In this document: positions 1 to 8,803 of the stretch, one piece after another
Numbering within the stretch: the stretch's first letter is position 1
How the letters are laid out: every line of letters starts with the position of its first letter
NCBI GenBank assembly: GCA_009103225.1
Contig: RHPI01001694.1
Coordinates: 1-12,700, forward strand
Source of the DNA: Chlorokybus atmophyticus
Lineage: Eukaryota > Plantae > Mesostigma and Chlorokybus algae
Direction: 5' to 3'
Length of the DNA: 12,700 nucleotides
Notes under the pieces: generated by a model
What the model was told of the DNA's origin: nothing
Seen by the model: only the letters and a program-made list of their open reading frames with translations
The model's database searches: none
Made by a program: the position numbers and the translations under genes

Positions 1-75
1 CAGGAACGAGACAATGCTGCAAACTGCATATGCACACAACAACATGCTCGTGCCCACTCACCACGTGTTCTAAAT

Positions 76-1080
76 CGCAATCGATGGCAAGATTGAAAGG
101 GAGACGGACAATAAGCGGCATATGTCACGAGGTTCTATCGGCCCATGCTGTTTACCATGCTGGAGATCTGCATGGAACTGGCACAACGTAAGGTTGGGGC
201 CAAGGCGCTCTACGGTGCGGGTGAGTATTTGCTGGAGAAGGAAGAACAACACTTACCCGTATTGCACCGCTGGTGTCAACCATGTGCGGAGACACAATAG
301 TAATCTGCTCATGACCAGAGTTGTGTGCTGAGCTTGGGAAGCTGAACGCTTTCGCCGTTCACCGAAGATGAGGAGCTGTGGTCTCTCACTGACACGCTGC
401 TTGGTCTGCTCGCAAAGGTGGGGGAGACCATGCTCACCGAACTGACCAAATTCACAGTTCACCGTGCCGGCTGCTCGCTGTACTTAGCGGAGTGACTGTC
501 ACCATGGGTCACGGTCAGTCGCTAAGAGAGCCTGAGCTCCTAGTTCGGTGGCTCGGTGGTGATTACCTTGGGAAATGTGGGTGTTAGCGCTCAACGCAAC
601 AGCGACCAAATATGCACGCATTTGCGGGGTTTCACACTTCACTATTGCTTGTGCTCATGTACACACTTACCCGTTGCGCAGGTTACATTGGCCCCCAAGG
701 CGAGTGACTGGGGCTGCCATGCCCTTTGGGAAGGAGGCGAGGAGAACGGCCAGGGCCTGGAGGTGATGAGGGAAGTGGTGCAGCAGGAGGAAAGCAAAGT
801 GAGCTACAACACGGCACGCTGTCAGGAGGATAGTTAGCAAACGACCAGTCGCGTGCGGTCCATCGGGTCAGCGCAGTGGGCGCACCAACCATGACCATGA
901 CGTCACCGCCCTAATGGACAAGTAGTTTGCAAACGAAATTGCGGGGTCCACATTGGTCAGGGAGATGCAGGATGTGGTGTTGCTATAGAAACCGTCTCAA
1001 ATCTGCTCAAAAGCGATCAGCGTCCCGCCGTGATGGTGCTATCAAACGTGGAGTGTGCAGTTTAACTGCTGTGTGCCAAG
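76..1080 (+). pseudogene. Decayed multi-exon gene; the 3' part resembles a Crinkler-like PD-(D/E)xK (REase-fold) domain
   Basis: Protein-like fragments are broken by stops and frameshifts: VTRFYRPMLFTMLEICMELAQRKVGAKALYGA (124-220, then donor GTGAGT at 221), FTEDEELWSLTDTLLGLLAK (358-417), GVTVTMGHGQSLREPELLVRWLGG (~489-560), an exon after acceptor CTTACCCGTTGCGCAG (681) reading VTLAPKASDWGCHALWEGGEENGQGLEVMREVVQQEESK, SGRTNHDHDVTALMDK* (875-925), and VAIETVSNLLKSDQRPAVMVLSNVECAV*LLCA (979-1077, donor GTGAGG at 1080). The family assignment is from recalled motifs, not a search. Confidence 0.45.
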
Positions 1081-1295
1081 TGAGGTTCCTACCTAGCAGC
1101 TTCTCTTTTGCAGATTCTGCCCATGCATGTTGGTCTGCTGAGTTTCACCTGCAAGTAGCAGCGCGTCAATGGCATTGGTTACAACCTCAGGCTGGTTGCA
1201 GCTGCAGCCATTTCATGCATACAACCATTGCAGAAGGAGGGCAAAGTACAACACGCTGTTGCTGCTGGCGCAAGTATGGGTTACAACCAGCTCAC

Positions 1296-2319
1296 CAGGA
1301 AGGAGTTGACATCATCTGCCAGGGAAACCACGGCAGTTAGTACCCATCATTGCATGGTGCAGCTGTGCTCGAGTGCCACAAGGCATGCACCGCAGCTTCT
1401 GCAACGCCAACTTCGTACTACATGCTGGTATTTGTGCATGCGGCTGCTTGATAGCAACATGTATATTAGTTGTGTCCTCAACAAGCATGACAGCACTCAC
1501 CATATAGAAAAAGCGCTGCTACACAACAACCGCGCCACCTGAACAGAGCAACAGCGGCAGTAGGTCAGCTGCACGTTCATTATGCCCAGCGGCCTCCACA
1601 GCGAGGCAGCTGCCCAGGCCTTGACTCAACTGTTGTCACGTAAAACTCATGCTTCGTCGACGCTTACCCATGAGAATCCCACGAAGCCTCAAGGCAAGGG
1701 AGTCGGTGGATGGGTGGATGATCTGTTCACTGCAGAGCAGCAGTGGACAACGCCAGCACCAACACAGTGCCATGAGCTGCTGTCATGTGTGCGGACTGTG
1801 TGACAGTCATGCTTGTTCGTTACCAGTGCATGCTGGCATGCTTCAATCCCAGTGCCCAATGCAATGCACGTTGCTGTTACAAGCTGCAAGCTGCTTATCA
1901 TACCAGGTCTCTTCAGTGCTGATGGCTTGCACGTTGTGTTTGGTAAGCTTGGCACGCATGGTTGCCGCGATGTCAAACAACAGAAACGAGTTGATGAACA
2001 AGCGCTGTCAGGCTCTGTAAGGGCCGCTGACAACTTGATTGAATCGCAGCTGGCAACCTTCCCGCAAGCTACTGCCTGTGTGGAGTACAGTTGCTAATGT
2101 ACATGCACCCAGCATTGACCAAGATGGACTGTGCGAGCAAGTCACCTGCGATGCCCCGCGCCAGCACGACGAGACCGCGGGCTCGCAGCAGGTGTATGGC
2201 CACCACTCGCATGGTATGCACTCAACGCTAAGATGGTGTTGAAACCAAGTGAGCAGCCTTGTTCTCACGCACTCTCCCTTGAGACACAACAGGGGGAGAA
2301 AATACACATCAACATCTAT
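1296..2319 (-). pseudogene. Inverted decayed paralog (copy B) of the 7609-8172 gene
   Basis: The minus strand at 2319 reads ATA GAT GTT GAT GTG TAT TTT versus ATG GAC GCT GCC GTG CGC TTT at 7609, so the start codon is lost. VHTMRVVAIHLLRARGLVVLARGIA matches VHTRHMVATLRQSQARRLVAMAQ of copy A, and the phase-1 donor is conserved (GCAG|GTGACT at 2145 vs GCAG|GTATGA at 7814). Further exon-like pieces: FNQVV...*QRLFINSFLLFDIAATMRAKLTKHNVQAISTEETW|GTATGA (donor 1903) and PLLLCSEQIIHPSTDSLALRLRGILM|GTAAGC (donor 1667). A TACTAAC...TTTCCCTGGCAG acceptor lies at 1316. The 3' limit is uncertain. Confidence 0.6.
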
Positions 2320-3050
2320 GACAGGTCTTGGGCACCTATCTTGTCGTTGGACAGCTCAAAATGGACGCAAGTAAGAAGTTATACAGCGTGGAGGCAAGCA
2401 ATGACATTAGCACCGAGTCACGCTAACAAGAGCAGCATGCCAAAGCCGGGATGTCTGCCTGTATGCCCTGCGTGGAAAAGCAACAAATGCCATGCACGCA
2501 TGCATGCAACACCAAAGAATGCAAAAGGGTAGGTGATGATTGTGTATTGAGATATTGACAGACATCGCAATGCATCAACATCTGTCACCCGTTGTCAATG
2601 CCAACTGTGCAAACAGCAGCAAGCAATGCGGTGCTGCAAGTTGCCTACTAGTGCAGTCACTCCCAAGCAGAATCTTAGCGCAGGAGAGCATCAGCAATTC
2701 AATTGTGCCGTAAACAACGCCGCTACATGGTGGCGCAGCCACCAACACAACACAACTCTACAAGTCGGATGATTTGCCAGTACAGGACGGTTGCTACTCA
2801 CATGCAATGAGGAGGAGCGGAGGGGCCGCAAGCGGAGCTGTCTGCAAAGCACACCACAGCTGCTGTGTCCTCCGCAGCTGCAGCAGTGTAAGCCGAGCCC
2901 CCGGGACTATGGCACCGTGCAGCTCAAATGACACCTACAAGCTATAGCGCACCACCTACTGCCTCCTGCCAGCAACAACCGCCGCCGCCGCCGCCACCAC
3001 GGTGGATGCTACTGACAGACTGATTGTTAACATGGTGGAGGCAGTCACAA
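2140..3050 (+). repeat. Old inverted copy of ~6730-7800 (upstream region plus exon 1 of the gene family)
   Basis: Colinear matches to the reverse complement of 6730-7800: GCAAGTAAGAA (exact), GCAGCATGCCAAA (13/13), AATGCCATGCA (exact), CAACATCTGTCACCCGTTGTCAATGCCA (25/28), GGACGGTTGCTACTCACATGCAATGA (21/26), and CCTCCTGCCAGC. Confidence 0.8.
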
Positions 3051-3111
3051 CCTTACCGCGAATTACAAGCTTCAATGTGCTACTACTGTAGGGAACGACC
3101 ATGTGCATTGG

Positions 3112-3160
3112 GTTGGGCTGTGGTGGTGGTTGTTTTGTGTGGTGTGGTGGTGGTTGTGCA
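3112..3160. repeat. TGG/TG low-complexity tract
   Basis: GGTTGGGCTGTGGTGGTGGTTGTTTTGTGTGGTGTGGTGGTGGTTG lies between the inverted copy and the copy C remnant. Confidence 0.7.
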
Positions 3161-3186
3161 CTGATGTGAGGTGTGGAAGTCACTGA

Positions 3187-3630
3187 AGTCTGTCAACTTT
3201 GTCTGCTGCTGAGAAAGGCAAGACGTAGTTCAATGGGGTGGTTGCCTACGATGGTTGTCGATGACGGTTGTTCAGCAACAGCATCATCTTATGGTTGGTG
3301 GACGTACAAGGCAGTTGGAAAGGTACGGGAACGTCAACTTGTAAAGGCTATCAATACATGCAAATATTGCATGTATTCACTGTTGCACAACATTGGACGC
3401 ATGACGCAAAGCTTCTACTGGACTCATGCCCACAACACTATGCATGCTGTTGGTTGAGCTAGATGGACGCTGTCACGCTGGTCACCACCGCATTACGAGT
3501 TGCTTTGGGTGTGCGTTTGCCACTCCTCGTGCATGGCAGCGATCTCCCCAAGTCGGTTGCGGTTGCGCTGACGCTCTCGCTCGCGCACGCCCGCAAGCAG
3601 CGACGCAAGCTCGGTTGCTATTACAGGTGA
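3187..3630 (+). pseudogene. 5'-truncated remnant (copy C) of the same family, covering exons equivalent to copy B exons 2-3
   Basis: SAAEKGKT*FNGVVAYDGCR*RLFSNSIILWLVDVQGSWK|GTACGG (3187-3322) parallels copy B FNQVV...RLFINS. The 3463-3630 reading MDAVTLVTTALRVALGVRLPLLVHGSDLPKSVAVALTL parallels copy B MALCWCWRCPLLLCSEQIIHPSTDSLALRL (DNA GCGTTTGCCACTCCT vs GCGTTGTCCACTGCT). No exon 1 was detected. Confidence 0.45.
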
Positions 3631-4390
3631 AGGATTGCGTATGCACGTGCAGCCTTTCCAATTACAGCACGATGCAGAGATGAGTGCACAGCACAAACAC
3701 AAGCGCAATCCAACTGCACACGCAATACAGCCAGGTCGAGCGGGGACAGCTCTATTATGACAGGGCAAGGCAATAGCTATGTAATTGTGTGCTTGTTCGC
3801 TTTGCTTGTGCACGCCGTATGTAACGGATACCTTTACTATACTTTGGAGTTTGCTACATGCAACTCTTGTATGTTATGTGAGGTAACCAAGTGCGTGCAG
3901 TGTAGTGCGAAGGCGGGGGATGTTGTGGGGCACGAGCATGAGGTTATGGGACCGACATGTGCGCACATGTGCATGCATGCTTGTGACTTTTTGTTCTACC
4001 GCTCACTTGCTCACGGTGCACTTGCTTAACACTATTACTATTGCTGCTGCTAGATTGCGTGTGCACTTGGCATTGCACTAGCGCATAGTTGTTTTTGTCT
4101 ATGCATGTACATGTACTACATGTAGTACAGCATGCAGCAATAGAGGGCATACATCATGTATGAGCATGGTGGAGCACCATCGCGGGGTAACACATGTCGC
4201 ACGAATATTACACATGCATACGGCATGCGCACATAGAGAGTTAATCTGCTATGACTGCTGAGAATTATTCCAACCGATGTTGCGCTAACTAGCTGCAAGT
4301 TGTGCAGATAAACCACTGTGCATGCATGCATGCCTACCCGGCTCGGGTAGGGCGGTAGTGATGTGGTGAGTAGTATGTGACTTATGAAGC

Positions 4391-4422
<32 letters not shown>
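4391..4422. repeat. (TA)n microsatellite, present in copy 1 only
   Basis: TATATATATATATATACATATATATATATATA; copy 2 has only TATG at the equivalent site (~10095). Confidence 0.95.
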
Positions 4423-5381
4423 AGCATAATTGTCACAGGTATGCTCATAGGGCACGGTGCCCAGTGTTTGTGTGAGCATGTCATGGAGGTAAGTGTGCGA
4501 TAAGTGACAAGTTGAGCTCGCAAGCTTTTGCACACCTTACATACCCATATGCTTCCAATTTGCTTGGCGCATCACCTGCCAGTCAATTGTAAACTTATGA
4601 TTATGAAGCCAGAGGGCTTTGCCTAATGATAATATGCTTGCAATCGATGCTTCTAAACATTGTATGGTCAATAAAACATGCTTTTATGAAAAACTATATA
4701 TAATGACATTGTGCTTTCAGTTTGATTCATTGAAATATTGAACTGCAAGATGACGTACACAACCAGTATGAGAATGAACAAGATAGATAACACCTTATCT
4801 TAGCTAATTTTGTACGAAGCGTGCAAGCTTTCCTTGTCACAGGTGGTTATAAATGAGATGTATTAAGGTTTTCACGGTAACAACCTTAATACATCACATT
4901 CATAACATTACTTGCTTACCAATCTTACTTACAATAAATGTGTTGATGAGGTATGAGGTTTGTAACTTGCCGCCATAAGACATTGCAATTGTTCACATAG
5001 CGGTAAAAAGTATGCAATTATAATTGTAATTATAATTACCGTACGCTAGTGCATACATTCAATGCTACATATGTCATTCACGTTGTTGCTTCTAAGCGGT
5101 GGCTATAGTTTACTGTCATGCGCATACGTTTCAGTGGTGCAACGCATCCATTACGAAGGATTTGGGGTTATATGTCGTGTGTTAAGGCTTAATTATGGTT
5201 AGCATATCGAGGTACATCACGTGTAGCACATACCAAATGCAAGTGTAGCAGCTCGCACTGCTCTTTATGTTTGTTAAGACACGTGCTTATTAATTGCCCT
5301 CAACAGTGATGCGTGCTTGTTGCGAGTGTCGTATCAGGTGCATGACTATATACACCAATGGGGCAGCTTTGGGAGGATATT

Positions 5382-6045
5382 GAGTCAACATATATGTACA
5401 TACATGCATGGGGGACGCTACAACGAGTAAAAGAGGGACAAGGTGCAGCATCATAGGGCCGTAACGAGGTGATGGACGACATCATTAAGCAAAAACGAGA
5501 TGCGGCACGTCACGATCATTGCAGTTAATACCCATTGGAGTCCAAGTTGGAAAAATCAAAGATTCCTTTTTTGCTCCATAGCTCTCGCGATTGGTGGCCC
5601 AAACTCCGTCCACGCAAACTTTCATGGATCCATAAGAAAGCCCTCAATGAGGGCTTACTTATTTGACTTGTTTTCTTAAAAACTTTGTGGCCTGACACTG
5701 CATGTACTCAAAGCTGAGCTGACATATATATAACATGTACATACATGCATGGTGGACGCTACAACATGTGAAGAGGGAGAAGGTGCAGTATTATCAGGCC
5801 ATGATGAGTTGGTGGACGATATCATCAAGCATCGATGGGATTTGGCATGATGCTACCGCATTGCAGTCAACACCGGAATGATCAATTCAGTTTTGCTCAC
5901 TTACGGTGACTTTGCGATTGATGGCCCGATATCCCACCCCAGAAACTTTCTTGAGCTTACAAAGAACCTCTTACCGGGAGCTCTTATATCAACTTACTTG
6001 TTTTCTTCGAAACTTTGTAGCTTGGCACTGTATGTACTCGAACGT
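5382..6045 (+). repeat. Internal tandem dimer of a ~330-bp unit (5382-5715, 5716-6045)
   Basis: Both units carry GAG..ACATAT...TACATACATGCATGG.GGACGCTACAAC...AAGAGGGA.AAGGTGCAG...GGACGA.ATCAT.AAGC...CATTGCAGT...ACTTGTTTTCTT..AAACTTTGT...CACTG.ATGTACTC. Confidence 0.9.
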
Positions 6046-7608
6046 GAGCCCACATTCTTTGTAAGAATGCTAATGGCCACCCTTCCGTGGGGTACAAGCA
6101 AATGACAGCTCATCATCAGCTAACTTGCATGTGTAGCGCCATGCTTACGGTGTTATACGCACGTCCTCTACACTCTGCAAGTTGCCCTTGTTTTGTCCTG
6201 CTTGCTGCCACACATAGTGCTCCTTCCATTGCTCTATGCTACCTACAGATTTGCTGCTGCCTGAGCCTCCCAATTTCAGAATCTTGGTTGGTGTTAATTT
6301 GTATTAGATTGTGCGCTTAGCTTTGCCTTAGCCCCCATGTAAAGCCGTGTTTGCTACTGTGTCAATTGCATCTGGCCCCGACAATAGCTTGCTATATAGC
6401 AACTCTTATGATCTTATGTACATTATGCATGATCATGTCATATAAGTAACCTTTGAGTATACACTACAAGAGTGTTGTAATAGATTGCAATAAGGTACCA
6501 TGTTGACAGTACTTCACAGCTGTGCAGCGCATGCTGACTGAGCATGCACGAAACGCAACTGTATACAGTAACGATGTGTGTATTTTGATGACTAGAAGCT
6601 ATAATTGCCGTGTGTACATTCCCATACTCACACTGTGCTACGGATAGCATTCATTTTGGCTGCCCTCGGCTTATGAAACCTGTTTAGCCCCGTCCACGTG
6701 GCATACCGTGGTATGCGAGTATGTGTGTCCTGTCACAGATCTCCAGGCAAACAACGCCCGGATGTGTCCCGCTAAGCTCACAGCAAGGCAGCGGCGGCGT
6801 GGGGGGCGGCTTGCGGTTGGTTGTCGCTGTCGCTGGCAGGAGGGGTAGACAGAGAGGGTGAGGGCGCTGCGCTAGTCGTAGTCGTAGGTTAGAAAAACTG
6901 AGTGGTGACCGGTGGTTGGTGCCACAGCTGGGCGGCGCTTGTGGGATTGGGGACTGAAGTTGCGGATTGCGAGCAGCTGTTGGCCCCCCTTGGCAGACAG
7001 CCTTAGTCTCATCTCGCTGGTGGCCTCGCCTGCAGCAGCTGAGGCGCCCCGTCGCTCTCTTCGTCCTTTGTCGTTGCATGTAAGTGCCAACCCTCCCCTT
7101 GCTGCCAAGTCACCCGTCTGGCTGTGCCGTGTTATTGTTGTGGCAACGTATTCGTGCTCTTTCTGCTGGCTGCTGGGATTCAGTACTGGTGTGGCACCAG
7201 TAGTAGTAATAGTAATGGTAAGTAGTTTACTGAGAGCGTCAAGCAGTAACCTGCTCCCCACCCGCTTCTGGCAATGCAACTGACATTGACAACGGGGGAC
7301 ACATGTTGCCGAGCATTGTGTGCCGTCCACTCTGTGAACTTGAATGCGTCACCATCACCTGACCTTCTGCAGAATCTGATGCATGGCATTAGTAACCCTC
7401 CGCAGCAGGGAATGTAATGCAGGGTGTCCTTCATCACATCTCTCATCTGTACGCATCCGTACGCATCAGCATGCAGGCGGATAGCGTCTCATTTGGCATG
7501 CTGCTTGTGCCTTCGAGTTACCTGCACCTGCCTACCGTATGTAGTGTCTTGGTTCTTACTTGCTTTTGTCTGTGCTGCCCAGCAACGACACCGAGTTCCA
7601 AACCTGCA

Positions 7609-8172
7609 ATGGACGCTGCCGTGCGCTTTGGCGTGGCGTCTCATGGATGCAGCGTGGGCCAGCAAGTTCCTGCCCGCTTCCCGCTGCTGAAGTTTAATAG
7701 CACAGCACCAGGTCGGCCGAGAGTGCACACCAGGCACATGGTCGCCACACTCCGGCAGTCACAGGCCCGCCGTCTAGTCGCTATGGCGCAGGACAGTCAG
7801 GGAGCCGATGCAGGTATGATGACCTTGCACAGCAGATTCTCTCTCTATATATATACATGAACGCTGGACATCATGCTGATTTGTCTCATGGCAGAGGAGG
7901 AGCAGCCCCGATGGCTGCAGAACCTTCTTCAAGCAGTCGGTCGCGTCGAGGCAGGCCTAGCTGGGGTCAAGACAGAGGTAGCTGGGGTCAAGAGAGACGT
8001 AGCTGGGGTCAAGACAGAGGTAGCTGGGGTCAAGAGAGACGTAGCTGGCGTCAAGAAGGACGTAGCTGGGGTCGAGGTACAGCTTACACCTATTCAGGAA
8101 GGCTGGGATGAGTTTTCTGGCGGTCTCAAACGGCTTGCTGGCAAAGACTTTGAGGACACCACTACTTATTAG
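7609..8172 (+). CDS. Two-exon gene, join(7609..7813,7895..8172), 160 aa: transit-peptide-like N-terminus plus heptad coiled coil; possibly truncated by a premature stop
   Basis: The ATG is in the context GCAATGG. Exon 1 (68 aa, MDAAVRFG...QARRLVAMAQDSQGADA) is Ala/Arg/Ser-rich and nearly acid-free until residue 63. An 81-nt phase-1 intron (GTATGA...GCTGAT...TGGCAG) joins in frame to EEEQPRWLQNLLQAVGRVEAGLAG(VKTEVAG/VKRDVAG)n...LAGKDFEDTTTY*. The donor position is conserved in paralog B. Confidence 0.7.
7957..8076 (+). repeat. In-frame 21-bp coding minisatellite (5.7 units) with an alternating 42-bp higher-order pattern
   Basis: Units start at 7957, 7978, 7999, 8020, 8041 and 8062: GTAGCTGGGGTCAAG + ACAGAG/AGAGAC/ACAGAG/AGAGAC/AAGGAC. 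They encode xAGVKxx heptads with Val at a/d-like spacing. Confidence 0.95.
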
Positions 8173-8745
8173 TTGTGCTCGCCATCAGTCCTGTACAGCA
8201 ACATAGTGCGTAAGGAGGCTTCATGGCAACTTCAGAGTCGAGTTGTGCTGGCGCGGGGGAAAGCTAGGGGCGTGTAGGCCAGAAATGCAATTGCCTTTGT
8301 GTATAAAGAAATGCGATGCAGGGTTTTGCAAATGGGTAGTGCGGTTCTCGAATGCTGATCTATCTGCGTAAGTGCGTGCATGGATGCTTATTGTCCCACA
8401 GCACACACTATGCACATGTGCACGACCTAACAATTGTATGCAACAGTGATGCCAAGGGCTCCGCAGCGTGCGCAAGACCCCATTGACAACTGTGAGACTT
8501 GTGTTGCTTGGTTGCCACCTTGAAGAGTGAGCCGTGTTGTTGCTTTTTGTAACAAGCGCAAGCTAGCTCAACAGGCTGCAACTGTTGTCTGCCCTCGCCA
8601 CATTATCATATATGTTTGGTGGATTGATTAATGTGAAGTGGTCGGTGTGCATGTATTAACGTATATGTCAATTGCTTTAGTTTGACTCTGTGTTCACGTC
8701 ACTCTCTCTTACACATGCCACCACCCACACCCTCACCTGCTGACA

Positions 8746-8803
8746 GAGAGGCAGGGGTAGAGGAGAAGCGTGGGATAGAGGGGAGAGGGGGAGAGGGAGG
8801 GAG
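8746..8803 (+). other. Polypurine tract with a canonical G-quadruplex motif (8780-8801)
   Basis: GGGG AGA GGGGG AGA GGG A GGG. Confidence 0.6.

Larger units (their letters stand above)
3622..7068 (+). repeat. Large direct repeat, copy 1 (~3.45 kb aligned; mostly non-coding)
   Basis: Colinear with 8892-12700 from TACAGGTG onward. I counted 22 mismatches in 200 nt for 6081-6280 vs 11701-11900, about 9 differences over 6781-7068, and visibly lower identity (roughly 70-80%) in the AT-rich 4550-5300 part. No TIRs, LTR termini or TSD were seen. Confidence 0.95.

Noticed and set aside
1582-2532. Plus-strand ORFs 1582-1803, 1649-2020, 1813-2097, 2039-2242 and 2131-2532 with plausible-looking peptides and splice-like sites
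   Set aside because: They overlap the minus-strand paralog B, whose start region, peptide and intron-1 donor match gene A. They are best read as antisense shadows.
418-2561. Several very short GT..AG units (418-457, 798-824, 1080-1113, 1560-1589, 2529-2561) suggesting tiny introns
   Set aside because: Removing them does not restore a convincing continuous frame, the better-supported introns are 70-110 nt, and such motifs arise by chance.
4333-4351. GC-rich hairpin CCTACCCG-GCT-CGGGTAGG as a Helitron 3' end
   Set aside because: No CTRR terminus at the expected distance on either strand, homology between copies continues on both sides, and the stem is disrupted in copy 2.
5382-6105. The ~330-bp unit as a tRNA-derived SINE or coding exon (ORFs 5878-6105, 11163-11498)
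   Set aside because: No conserved A/B boxes or cloverleaf. Differences between copies are largely non-synonymous and include frameshifts and stops.
3757-6650. Cys/His/Met-rich ORFs within the repeat blocks (e.g. 3757-4029, 4116-4535, 6087-6320 and their copy-2 equivalents)
   Set aside because: Their composition reflects TGCA/CATG-rich non-coding DNA, and the frames and stops are not conserved between the two copies.
7080-7120. Minus-strand ARGGLAL resembling the GGLGL motif of non-LTR reverse transcriptases
   Set aside because: It is an isolated short match with no RT core motifs, and it is not conserved in the inverted paralog (TGRLLL).
7957-8076. 21-bp repeats as a CRISPR-like array
   Set aside because: The units are contiguous with no unique spacers, lie in frame within a coding exon, and the context is eukaryotic.
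76-8360. Many in-frame TAG/TAA codons suggested a TAR=Gln genetic code, as in some ulvophytes
   Set aside because: The same regions also contain TGA stops, frameshifts and a lost ATG, so ordinary pseudogenisation is sufficient. A conserved gene would be needed to test the code.
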